A DNA stretch of 64,000 bases from Haplodiscus bocki. Lineage: Eukaryota. Positions within the stretch are counted from its first letter, which is position 1. The number at the start of each line of letters is the position of its first letter. Location of the stretch: assembly GCA_965655095.1 (NCBI GenBank), contig OZ296657.1:40176001-40240000 (forward strand), given 5' to 3'. This document shows positions 25,025 to 36,150 of this stretch, in pieces. Position numbers and translations under genes: made by a program. The notes under the pieces were generated by a model. That model did not search any database, had not been told where the DNA came from, and saw only the letters and a program-made list of their open reading frames with translations.

Positions 25025-28000
25025 AGTCGCAGAGGTAGGGGGGAGTGCTGCGCTACTACGAGCATGCGGAAAGTAGAAATATTACTTGAATTTAATTTTC
25101 TTTCTGGTTCTAGTTTTTTCTCTCGCTTAGTGCGGCAGGTGATTAGCATACCTTTTGTTGTCTGGATCAATACAACAGCGGCGCCGCCGCGGTTGTTTTG
25201 TTTAATGAAAGTAAGTCTCAGGGGCTTTTATTAATCTACTTTCAGGTGCCTTGCAGGCCTCGCGAACAAAGATTGCGTAAGTTCAAAAGCAAGAACTTTA
25301 TGAGCGATGGAGGCAAAATAGTAAATAAAATAATCAAAAATTCAGTCAACCGAGGGGAACAAACATATGCAAAGGAAAAATGAAAGAGAACTGCGCTAAT
25401 TGGGAACTGAGTCATGTCTCAGCAATAGTAGCGAAAGTGGGGGTGAGAAGAAATTTAGTATCTATTCCAGGCCGTTCACAAAAGCGGTTGTTGAAAAAGA
25501 ATTATTGAGTTAGAAAATACAAAAAAACTCTCTCCCTCACAGAAATTTCAGTTCATTCCCAAATTTGCATAGACATCCGAAGAATATAAATTCATCAAAA
25601 GATTTATCAACTTAGCAGAAGACTTATCAAACGTAATAATCAAGAACAATCAAATTTAGAACGCTGATCATTCTAAAATGGAAATCTGATATAATGTTAA
25701 CAATCATAAAAGTTTACAGAAATCTCGATATAAATAAAATCCGTCCAAAGTGCAAATAAAATAAAACTTTGAAAAGACCAAAATGTGAGGTAATTCAAAA
25801 GAAAAGAAAAAAATCCCAAGCTTTGCTATTTGGGATGTATTAAAATGAGAGGTAGGGTACTACAGATAAATATTTCTTTTTGTTTGAAATAGGAAGGAGA
25901 TTTACTCTTCTCCTATTTTTCTAGCACTTTTTTAGGGTCGGGTTTAGTTTTTTGTTAGTTTTGGTTGATTAGTTAACGTTATGTCATATATATTGTTTTC
26001 GTCTACACTCAGTACCTGCGCCAGCATAGCAACTGGTTTTCAAACCTAGTCTCCGCAAATTTCCCGGACCGTGAATAATCACCGGATATTTTGGCGGGGT
26101 TTGGTTCGTTTAACTCTTATCTAATGATCAGGTGAAAGCCCGCGTTTTAGCGGCAGCCTGGTGATGTTCTCTTAGTCCCTTTTTCTCCAACCGAGACTTT
26201 TGTGCGGGTGATAAAAATGGGAGCTGGGAAAGAATTGCTGTCTATTCCATTAAGCTTCTGAAGAACAGGTTGTTACAAATTGCAGCCACAAAAATCAGTA
26301 TAAAAATCTCTCTTCACATTTATCCAAATTGTACATATCCCCAAACAAAAAAAAAACAACATTAATCGGACCGTCTAGAAGATTTCGAAAGTAAGAACAG
26401 TATGATTATATTCAAGAATTCTGGGAGTTACCAACTGTGTGAATTATCCCGGATAAAGGATTGCTGAAGATGGCTTGATTAAAAAATTGTACAAACGAGT
26501 CAAGATAAATGATTTTTAGTCCAAAATGCAAATGATATAAAATGTTCATGGCACAGTAAAAAAGCTGTTAGTGAATTAATTTTAGAATCAAGAGAAAAAC
26601 AACATAATTATTAGAAAATACCCAAGAATATTCAATTGCGGTATTTTAGCATTAAGCGGAAGCCATACGGGTAACATATTCTTGTTTTAGTCTAAGAAGG
26701 AGCTTCTCTTTTCTCCAATTCTTCTAGCACTGTTTTCTTTTAGGTTGGGCTCTTTTTTTGGTAATTTTATTTTTAATCGCTGATGTAATCTCATATATAA
26801 AAATTCATCATTTAGTCTACACTCGGTACTTGTGTTAGCATAGTAACTGGTTCAACAAGCTTAGTTTTTCCGAATTTTTCAAACCGTGAATAAATCACCG
26901 GATTTATTGGCGCGGTTTGATTTGTTTTAGGTTTTTTCTAAAACTCACGTAAGAGTTCGTTTATAACGGCAACCTGGTGACGTTCTTTTAGTTCTTTTTT
27001 CTCCAACCGAGACTTTTTTCTAGCGTATTTTACGGAAAAGACTTACAGAAAATTAAAAATGATCAGAGAGATTTACTCGTTCTGAGTTAGAAAAGTCTCT
27101 AACTAACGGGTACCATTGATGAAATCGGATGATCTGCTGGTATCTCTGGGACTCTCCTCTTATAGATATCAATTGCGAAGAAATTGACTAAAAATTTGTG
27201 AATCTATGCAAAGAATGGAATTGTTTGAATCAAGCACGGACGGTTTCTGCGTATTTAATCCGTATCTTGGAATTTAGAAAGTATTCTGAAGACCACGGAA
27301 GCAGACGAGGTGAGATTTGATCTATGTAACGTCAATTCTCTTTGACTAGGAACCTCGTGGAGGGTCGTGCTGTTTAAGATCCACTCATGCTTCAGAACCG
27401 GAGCTCGTCAGCGGAATTCACACACGCTGATATCGAGGCTAGCGTTAGTGGACACTGTTTAGACTCCAGCGGCAAGAGTATAGAATAAATAAAATGTTTT
27501 GCAAATTAAGATTCACTCTTGTTTCAGAACTGAGGTTCGTCCACGGGATCAGCAGACGCCAATGCCGAAGCTAGCGTTAGTGGACACCGTTTAGACTCCG
27601 GAGGCAAGAGTTTAGAATTTGTAGGCAGAAAGAGGGAATTTTTCTAAGACAGAAAGAAATTGGGACTAAGAATATTTTTGTAGGATTGGAATGACTTTGC
27701 GGCTCAGACAATTTTTGGAATAGTCTTAGAAAAATTTTGCAAGGACCTAGAATAGAGAAGAGAGAAGAGAAACTTGGACTTAGAATTTTTTGTCGAAAAA
27801 CAAAAGGGAGAAAGGGAGTTGGATTTAAAATAGTTTTTCCAAGTAAAAGGGAGAAGGAGAGTAAGGTAGAGCAAGTCAGAAGAGGAGTATGGAGTCCCGT
27901 CCGCAAAGCGGGAAAGTGAGTTACGATTGAGTCCGTTTCCTAGATCGACTCCAAAATAACAGCATCCTGCCGTTTCATGCAACCAATAGAAAAAAAAGCT

Positions 28001-28211
28001 TGTATCAGGCATGGTTGGCAGCAGGAGCCATTACGAAAAAAGCTCGCGTTAGAAATTTTTTGTAAAAAATATTTGTGCAACTCCGACGGTTTCTTTATTC
28101 CATCAGCTTTTATATTCTTTATAATTCCTTCACCTCTCCATAAAACGTTAGTTTCAATTAATTAATCATGTTTTATTTAATTAGCGTTTAAGCGTTATGT
28201 GGAACGCGATA
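25025..28211. mobile_element. Solo LTR, family A (3.2 kb), 4-bp TSD TTTC
   Basis: TTTC|AGTCGCAGAG...ACGCGATA|TTTC. 26200-28211 is highly similar to 54150-56172. Internal duplications at ~25850-26200 vs ~26690-27020 and a ~135-bp repeat at 27440/27570. Confidence 0.85.
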
Positions 28212-29512
28212 TTTCCCTTTTTAAAAATTTTCAATGCTAAAATTAAAACAGGATTTTTTCAATTCTGATGCTACTTATACTGGTAAGGAGGCCTGATATT
28301 CAACTTTCGGTGAAAAATTTTAACTTCTCAAAACAAAAATTGTCATATAGTTGTTTTATGAAATCAATCTCATTCCACGTTATAGACACGAATTTGATTT
28401 TATAAAAAATCATACCTTTGAATGCTTTAGAGGGGAAGCGAAGACAAAATCGGTTGATTTTTGTATTTTTTAAGGTTTTTAAAGTTTCAACAGAAGCTGG
28501 AAATTGATCGAAAAGTGGCAAAATGTGCTTCCTCGTAACTTTTCGATTTTTGGTCAAATTTTAGAACAAATAACACGACTAAAATCCTGTGAAAGTCCGT
28601 GAACAACTTAATTGATTGAACAACTTAATTGAACAACTTCCTTGAAAAATTCAGACTTCAAAAAATTGGGCTCTAAACTTGTCTAATTTCACTTCTCAAG
28701 AGTGCCAAAGCAAAAACTGAAAGGACTTTGCAGCAATGTACTTCTTGAATGTTTTGGACCACAAATTGATTATTAATACCATTACGACTAAGTGTTCAGC
28801 AAATGAGTTATTTCCAATTTCAAATTTTAGTGTGACTGTTGATAATGGTTTTTCTAACTGGCCATTAGCTACTTGTATTTCAAAATTGGGAGGGTCGTCG
28901 ATTTTGAGAATGTTATTGGGGGCTTTCTGTTTGATTGATTCCAAGTCATCCTGGGCGATTGCGCTGACAAATTGACAAATACTCCTGAGTCCACCAGAGC
29001 ATCTACCGTTAGATTATTCTCAAAATCCAGAGGCACATAGAGCATTTCTTGCTTCCGTTTCAAGACTACAGTGGATGTTAATGGGAGAAACACCTCATTT
29101 GTTTGTTCATCTCGCACCAGCCCTTCTTCAATTAGTGGGGTTGCAGTGGTGAGAGACGGAGTTGTTGTAAGTCCATTAGGGGTAGTCACTGCGTGCTGTT
29201 CTGTGTTTTGGGTGTTGGTAGAAGAATTTTTGGAGCAGTCAAGGAACGGTACTGGCTCATTCCCTGTTTTTCCCGAAGATTTTTCCGTGGTGTCCACGTG
29301 GTGCTGTGGTTGGGTTCCCTTGGGTGGTGACGTTTGACTTGCTACATTTGTCTTTATAGTCGATTCATTAGTAGTATTATTTAAATTGTCTTGGTTTGTA
29401 ACGATCTCCGTAGGTTGCTGCCAGACAACCTCGGGAATTGGCGGAAGTTTAGATTTTTCATTTGTCTCCGGTCTGTCGCATGCAGGTCCGGAGTGAAGAC
29501 GTGGCGTTTTTA

Positions 29513-29519
29513 GTTTAAA
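29513..29519 (-). promoter_or_regulatory. -1 programmed ribosomal frameshift slippery site U_UUA_AAC at the gag/pro-pol junction
   Basis: gag ends GCT TTA AAC TAA. The -1 frame (TTT AAA CTA AAA ACG CCA...) stays open and joins ORF 28869..29297, which contains the VDSG protease motif. A CTCCGG...CCGGAG stem lies downstream. Confidence 0.8.
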
Positions 29520-30810
29520 GCTTCGGCTGCAGCTTGGATATTTCCATCTGAATTGTTTTGAGCATTTTTTTGCTGGCTTTGGTTCTGTCCTTCCGGTCGT
29601 CTATTTCGTGGAGGCGGTCTATTCGCTGCATTTGCTCCAAGATAGCATCTCTCTGTGGAGTGGTTAGTTCTACCACATGTCTCACAGGGTGGGAAGACGG
29701 GTTTTGGTCTTCTGTCTCTTTGATTATTTATATTGTTTCCTTTGGTATCGGTTGCAACTTTGTTGTTATTGTGGTTAGAGTTTGTTTGGGCGCTTCCATT
29801 GTTGTTGTTGGCACTATTTGTGTTATTTCGGGTTTGGTCTTTCGGGTTTGGTTTGAGTTGACGACACTGGTTTTGATAGTGACTTGGTTTTTTACAATGG
29901 TGGCACGTTGGTCTGGGCTTGTTAGTGTTTTGCTGTGGGGTTTGTTGCGTCACAGTGTTTATGGGCATTTCATCCGGAGCTTCCAAACCATTTAATTCTA
30001 ACTCCCTTTCAAGATGCGACACAATCTGTTCATACGTGCCGTTTTCCAGATGCGCCTAGTTAATTGATTTCTTCAGGTGCTGGGGCATTTTGGCATAGAT
30101 GAATTGCTCGATGATCGCTTGGGCTGCAACTCCGAATGCGTCTTTTGCCAATTTCTGGAGTTCATCTAGAAAATCAATTAACTTCTGGTTTGAGGGGTTA
30201 AAGACCAGTCGTTGAAACTTGTGTTTTGCCGTAGCCATTGACTGGGGTTTCTCGTACTTTCTACGGAACACAGTCAGGATTTCTCCCAAATTCTCTCTGT
30301 TGGGGCTAGTGATGTTTTTGAAAGTCTGTAGAGCATCACCGCGCATGAGAGAGTGGAAGTAGTTTATCTTGTCTTCTTCCGTCAACTGATTGTGGATTTT
30401 CAAACTCGTTTGGAATATATCTTCAAACAGTTCGAATTTCTCTGATTTTCCGTCAAACGTAGGCATCTTCGTTGTCAGAGACTTAGGCAATTTCGAGATT
30501 CGGCTAATATTATTGTTGAAATTGGCTGAATTGGATTTCGTCGCCAATTGTTGAAGGGCCAACAAAATCTGGTCTGCTTCAATTGTCGCAGGGCTATTCT
30601 CACTGCGGAATTGAGGTTGACTTGTGGAGCGCGCCTTCTTCTGTTTGCCTGACGAAGTAGTAGGAGAGCAGTAGGGAATTTCTTCTTGAGTTGCTGTCGT
30701 CGCGTGAGGGTTGTGACAAATCTCTTCTGTGGCTCCTGTCACCATGTGAGGATAGTGACGAATTTCTCCTGTAGCTCCTGTCACCATGTGAGGATACGTT
30801 TCCGTCACCA

Positions 30811-32584
30811 TGTCTGCCTCAGAACTATTGAGTTGTCCCGAGTGGTGAGGAAAATACCCCCCTTCGGGATAAGGATCGGTTGAGGAGCGGTCCCCATGAA
30901 GTTCTCAGCTTTCTGTGTTAACGTTTCTAGACGCTCCCTGAAATACGGAACAAGTCCGCACTTGTGGGTTAAGGAGAAACTCGTCAAGTTTCGATAGAGC
31001 ACCCAAGATACGTGACTCCGTTTTGTTAAACTCCTTCGACAGTTTCTTAGTTACCCTCCCTTCAATCTCCTCGGAGACCTGGGAGATGTAACCCTGGGTT
31101 AACTCAGGGTCAAGTACATTCCGTCCTCTACTGCCTCTACTGCTGTCGGGCGTTTCTCTTGACACTGCCGCTAATTTTCTCTTGTTTCTCAGTGTTGCCA
31201 TATTTCTTGAGGGGAAAAATCTTGTCAGTGATGAAGACTGAATTTCTACCTTGTGTTTTAATATTGATGAATTTCCTCTTGGTATGAGGGATCATGTTCC
31301 AATCGTATAAAAGTCAAAAGATGATTTTTGAAAACAACAATACTAAACAGTCACAATATTTTATAAAAGTACCAAACCGAAAGGCTACAATTTATATAAT
31401 AATACTTGTACTTTTATTTCTCCTATTTATACCTTTCCTTGACGGGAAACAAAATTGTTTACACGCCAAATCAAGGTACAAATAGGGAAAAATACTTTAA
31501 TCATATTATTTATCAAAGAAATTGGATGCCGACTCTGGCGGGAAATAAACACCCTTCCGTCCATTTCTTCCCTCACGGACCGCGTCTGTTCAATCTTTCG
31601 ACAGAAAAAAGTACGGTCCGATCCGTCTAAAATGGACATCAAAGTGGTTATTCCCGCGCCGACATCATAAATAATAACATGAACAAAAGATCAAAGTTAT
31701 TTCCAAACAGGGAATAAATACAATAATACAGTTGGAAAAATAATTTAAAGTAAGGAAAATTAATGTTTATAGTCTCAAAAGATTCATGACTACATGCTGC
31801 GTCGATTAAAACCACTGTTTGGAACAAACTAGGCGTAAATCCTAGCCCGTTCCACGTTTCTACCAGCTCAGGCCTCACTTTGGCCGGAGTGTTCCGTGGC
31901 GGCTACGTAGCCGCTTGTAGCACTGCCTTCCGCAGTGCTACTGAGGAGAATGATTCTGGTGGCTACGTAGACGTCCCGTGGCCGTCCAAAGTGAAACAGC
32001 GTAGTAGCACAGCGGATTGACTGAAATTCTAGTGACGTCACCAGATTAGTTACGACGGAACACATACGGAACAAATATTCACTTTTAAAGTCAAGCTCTG
32101 TTCTAATAGTTAAGCTATTGAAAACTTGTTAAAGCTGTCAATCTAAAAAGATTACTGCACATTCAAAAAGGTGGATTTATATAATAATTACATTAATTAT
32201 ATAAAATAGCACCTAAAATTATTATAAAATACAGTGAATATTCCTTTGTTCCGCATCTATTCCGTCCCAATAAGGATCAGTTCTCCAGAATTAAACGTAT
32301 CGGATACGTGCTTTTTACATGAAATAAATGTTATGGGACGATACGTAACTACTACGTATCGTCCACATAAATTACATGTGTGCGTACTAGGTGGATACGT
32401 ATCTACTACGTATCCTTAAGTATAATTAAATGAGTTCATGAATTAAATAAATAGGGCTTCAAGTTTAAGAGTTTACGTATAAGTTTGGAGTGTCGCTGGT
32501 GTCTCTAACTTCTGCTAGATGGACCTGGGGTGTCCTTTGTTGACGGGATCGTTTGTCCGCAGGCTTCGCAGATGTGCTGCGACA
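30811..32584 (-). mobile_element. 5' LTR of family B (includes gag start at 31201)
   Basis: Homology to the solo LTR 40395-42094 ends where minus-strand ...GACA is followed by TGGTGAC (PBS-like). Confidence 0.7.
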
Positions 32585-33580
32585 TCAACCTTAGTCATGT
32601 TAAATGATTTTTTAGAGACCTAAATGAATGCAACCGTTTCAGATTTTGAACTAGTTAAGTCTTTTTATGAACCCGTCAACACTAATTTTTTCTTCTAAAA
32701 CCTGAAGATGGGCCCAAAAAGGAAAAAATTACAGGAGCTTCACATAAACTCGAGTTTGTTCTCCAATTTTTCACTTCAACACTACCTCCAGAAACTCTCC
32801 GTTCACGCGTAGCTTTTAAAAATTCATTACCCACTGAAAATTTTCTACTTCTACTGCTGCGTAAAATTGAAGTCTCATAAAACATTTGAGTATAGAATTT
32901 CCGCAAGTAATGACATGAAAATAAAAACCCAGTCTATGCAATACGCTTGAAAAATTTGTGGATTCCTCAGTTTTTATCGCCTTCAATAGAAAATTAAATG
33001 AGGTTAGAAAAAATCTTTTTGCAAGAAATCAAATGTTTAATTTTCGGCTTCGGAAAAATTTCGTATCAACTTCTCGAAACGCGCTTTTTAAAATCTAATT
33101 AATGTTCGATTTACAGATATGTTTTTTATCAGCTTTGATTCACCGAGCACTCGTTCAAAAACTAATCATGTTTGGAAGATAGATGCAACAGTGGACTTCC
33201 AAGTTTTATAATTCCGTTTGCAAGAAAAGCTCGAAGAAGCCGCCTAACAAAAAATGTGTGGACCTCCTTCGACATTCAAAACAGTTTTATCTATGACTTT
33301 CTGATTGATTCTATTTTATCGAACCTGGAATCAAATCATGACCTACTTGAACAAGTTTTCAGTTTCCACTTTCAATATCGAGGTAAAATTCGAAAAAATC
33401 TTTGAAAGCTGAAACAGAAAAATAATTTTCTCAATTCAATTTGTATCGATTGTGAACTCAAATTCCTCCGTTGTGTGCAAAAAAGTTGTCTAGTTTCTTT
33501 TTTGAGTAATTTGCCTAGATTTTGAGGGTGAAAAGTTCCCAGTGCCAGCTTGTTTTATTCATAAAATTGAATTGCTGCAG

Positions 33581-33729
33581 GAAAATGCTGTGGATTATTT
33601 TCGTTGCCGGTGGGGTCTTCATTTTTCTGCTTCAGTCAGTTGAACTTCTTGTAGACGTGTTCCAGTATCCAACAACTCTCGATATTACAGAGGAAGAATT
33701 TGATCAAGATTTCTTTCCAGTGGTCACAA
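33581..33729 (+). CDS. DEG/ENaC (amiloride-sensitive channel family) exon: TM1 and post-M1
   Basis: TGCAG|G acceptor; KMLWIIFVAGGVFIFLLQSVELLVDVFQYPTTLDITEEEFDQDFFPVVT; donor A|GTTAGT. Splicing to 33808 creates FPVVTICN, the family FPAVTxCN signature. Confidence 0.9.
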
Positions 33730-33807
33730 GTTAGTTTCTTGTCACCAGCTATTCAGAGTAATGGCAAAATTGGAATTTGGAAGAATTTAGTGCACATTTT
33801 CTTTCAG

Positions 33808-33987
33808 TCTGTAACGCCAACAAACTGCGGATGGACCAACTCGATTCTTTGCACTCTGAGAACCAATTACGTAAACTGACGTCATTTCAATCCTACACTT
33901 CTAGATCAGTAAATTTAATCAGAAAGGAACTCGAGAGCTATCTTGAAAAAGACGAAGAATTAGCGACAGAAAATGACTTGGATGGAA
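33808..33987 (+). CDS. DEG/ENaC gene exon (ICNANKLR...)
   Basis: TTTCAG|TC acceptor after a 78-nt intron; CNANKLRMDQLDSLHSEN...ENDLDG; donor A|GTAAGA. Confidence 0.88.
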
Positions 33988-34046
33988 GTAAGAAATACCA
34001 TACACTTGGTTGAACCAAATCAACGAAAAAGTTGAAGAAAAAAGGA

Positions 34047-34530
34047 GAACAACACGGCCGGCTAGCACTGGCATAATTTTCGCCCAACTACAAATATTTT
34101 GATCAACTTTTGCAAACGGTTAAGAACAAAACTGAATTAATTTAGTTTTCAAAGAGTTTTTAAAAACATCAATTCCACCACTGATTTCTGGACATTATGC
34201 AAAAGGGTATCACGATTTTCCGTTGAAAAACTTTTGTCTCGCAGTGCCGAAAAATTTCGTAGAGGAACCCTTCTGTGTTTCAGAAAATTTCCGGTATCGA
34301 AAAATATTAGGGATAAGAGAGAGGGCGGGTATCACAATTTTCCGTCAAAATTGTTTTGTTTCACAGTACCAAATCATTTCGTAGAGGAACCCTTCTGTGT
34401 TTCAAAAAGTTTCGGGTATCGAAAACTTTATGCCTAAGTGAGAAAAATCACGATTTTCTATAGAAAATGACCATACTGAATGAATAATTTTTCTTGCATA
34501 TTACCTATGCGGCGAAAAATAACAACGTTC
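34047..34530 (+). repeat. Non-autonomous interspersed repeat with internal ~120-bp minisatellite (copy 1)
   Basis: Near-identical inverted copy at ~42888-43620. Internal units TATCAC(G/A)ATTTTCCGT...CGTAGAGGAACCCTTCTGTGTTTCA...GGTATCGAAAA occur twice; a decayed unit is at ~19885-19965. Confidence 0.9.
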
Positions 34531-35054
34531 AAAGAAATCAACAAAGTAATGAACCTTTTCCACAAGACTTCGAAATGCTAATTTCACCGAATAAGCGTAC
34601 ATTGCTTTTCATTCATGAATGTCTTGCAACCATAGTTGCAAATAGTTGGTCAGGCAATGGTCGACTAGCGGCAGAGGCATCCATGACGTGCTGAAGGTTA
34701 TAATGCTTAAACCTCCAATGGCCATTTTTACTAGTTCATAGGAAAAAATTCACCGCCAATGCCTTTTTTGGGACATGATCATCCGCTTCTAGGGCAAGGA
34801 CTAAGGATTTGCTCGAGGTTTGAACGAGAAAGGATGGAACCTACAAGGGCTCCCTTTGTAAACTCCGCATTCAAACCACTGTCACCGCTTGCCAGGTGTT
34901 TCTCATAATACGGGTTATATGGGCTATTTTAGGGTTATATTGGCTATTTTACTTCATCAATACAAAGATTTTCCTGGCTCGTTGTCTTTCAATTCAAAAG
35001 TTGATCCTAATGTTATTCTAGTTTTCTTTTCGAAATGATGGCCAACATTTTTAG

Positions 35055-35220
35055 GACAAATCACATCAGTGTTTTCGAAATCAGTTTTCTGGATTGATTC
35101 CAAAATTGGATTCTCCGAAGAGTTCAAAAATTATCTAAACGGGCCGATTATCGAAAAATGCATTGAGAAAAATCTCGTTAAATTATCGAAATGTTTCCAG
35201 CAAAAATTGTGGCAACCTAT
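35055..35220 (+). CDS. Probable DEG/ENaC gene exon
   Basis: TTTTAG|GA phase-1 acceptor compatible with 33987; open frame QITSVFSKSVFWIDSK...EKCIEKNLVKLSKCFQQKLWQP; donor AT|GTAAGA. Confidence 0.55.
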
Positions 35221-35788
35221 GTAAGAAAATCTTTCAACTTGCATAATTTTTCAGTAGATTGGTCGGATTGTGGCAATTTTATATTTCAATTGTTTTTCTC
35301 AACAACCTTGGGTTTCATATATAGTCGGTGGTTTTTTAACAAAAAAGCCCGACTACTAAGTATTGCAACTATTTGTGGCCTGTTTCTTCGCATATATTTG
35401 ACTAAATGGTGTTATGAAATGAATTGATAAAATGATGAATTGATGAAATAATGAATTAATGGATTGATTTTTTGTTCTCAACAAGGGAGAAAAGATCGAA
35501 TTTTTCAAAGGTATCAGCAAACAATATAAAGTTTCAAAACACCAAAATATCTCCGACAAAATTTTTCGACTGTGCGAGGCAATTTTCAGGATTTCCCTTT
35601 CGTCGTAACAAATTTTTCAAGTGAAAATTTACCTCGCTTGAATGATTTTGAAACTTACCGGAACTGTTGACCTTTTTTGTTTCTATAATGTTATTCACAG
35701 CACTGTGCTCTTGTAGTCAATAAATTATTGCTTTTGCTATCAAGATAGTTATACTGGCAAGCTTCGACAACCTTGAATTTTTATATAG

Positions 35789-35979
35789 GTTGCATTGAGG
35801 AGAATCGAACAAAAGTGATTGATTTTGTGAAGCAAGAACTAGATGCAGTTGATACAGACTCATACAACATTGCCACGTATTTTAATGGACAACTGACGTC
35901 TTACTCGGAAGGACAATACAACTACGTGTTTCAATGCAACGACAAGTCATGCTTCAAGCATTTTGAAGCTTGCAAACGG
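35789..35979 (+). CDS. Probable exon ending in the first half of an LDLa-like module
   Basis: TATAG|GT acceptor; CIEENRTKVIDF...YVFQCNDKSCFKHFEACKR; donor CGG|GTTAGT. Needs an unidentified intervening exon to be in phase with 35220. Confidence 0.65.
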
Positions 35980-36049
35980 GTTAGTCCCTGCTTACGTGTT
36001 GATTTCACCAATAAAGTTTAGTGTTTTGACATTAAGGAAGTCATCGCGT

Positions 36050-36150
36050 AATGACTGGACCGGGGTCATCTCGACTGGAAGCTAGATACCGGTCCCAAGC
36101 CCGGCGCCATTCATATGGAGGAGGAGGGTTGGGGCCTGGCGTTCCCCGTA
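36050..36150 (+). ncRNA. Twister-ribozyme-like motif at the LINE 5' end (partial or variant)
   Basis: CCGGTCCCAAGCCCGG (36089-36104) matches the twister P4/L4 hairpin, and the following GGAGGAGGG supplies the P2 3' strand and the pseudoknot partner. The canonical upstream P1-UAA-CUCC-GC segment is not cleanly present. Confidence 0.55.

Larger units (their letters stand above)
28770..32584 (-). mobile_element. Gypsy-like LTR retrotransposon, family B: 5' LTR plus gag-pro, truncated after the protease
   Basis: LTR starts TGTCGC at 32584 (minus) and is homologous to 40395-42094. gag: MATLRNKRKLAA..., PTFDGKSEKFELFED, knuckles CHHCKKPSHYQNQC and CETCGRTNHSTERC. Protease ALVDSG...IQVANG. A frameshift near 30900-30950 and an in-frame TAG at 30056. 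Confidence 0.88.

Noticed and set aside
25031-25046. Polypurine tract followed by TG as an LTR start
   Set aside because: The TSD and homology to 53918 place the boundary at 25025, so the purine run is inside the LTR
33172-33405. ORF as first exon of the channel gene
   Set aside because: No DEG/ENaC N-terminal features, and its donor (CGA G|GT, phase 1) does not match the phase-2 acceptor at 33581
35486-35620. Two micro-exons (35486-35510, 35590-35620) that would bridge exon phases
   Set aside because: Frame-compatible but too short to distinguish from chance without transcript data
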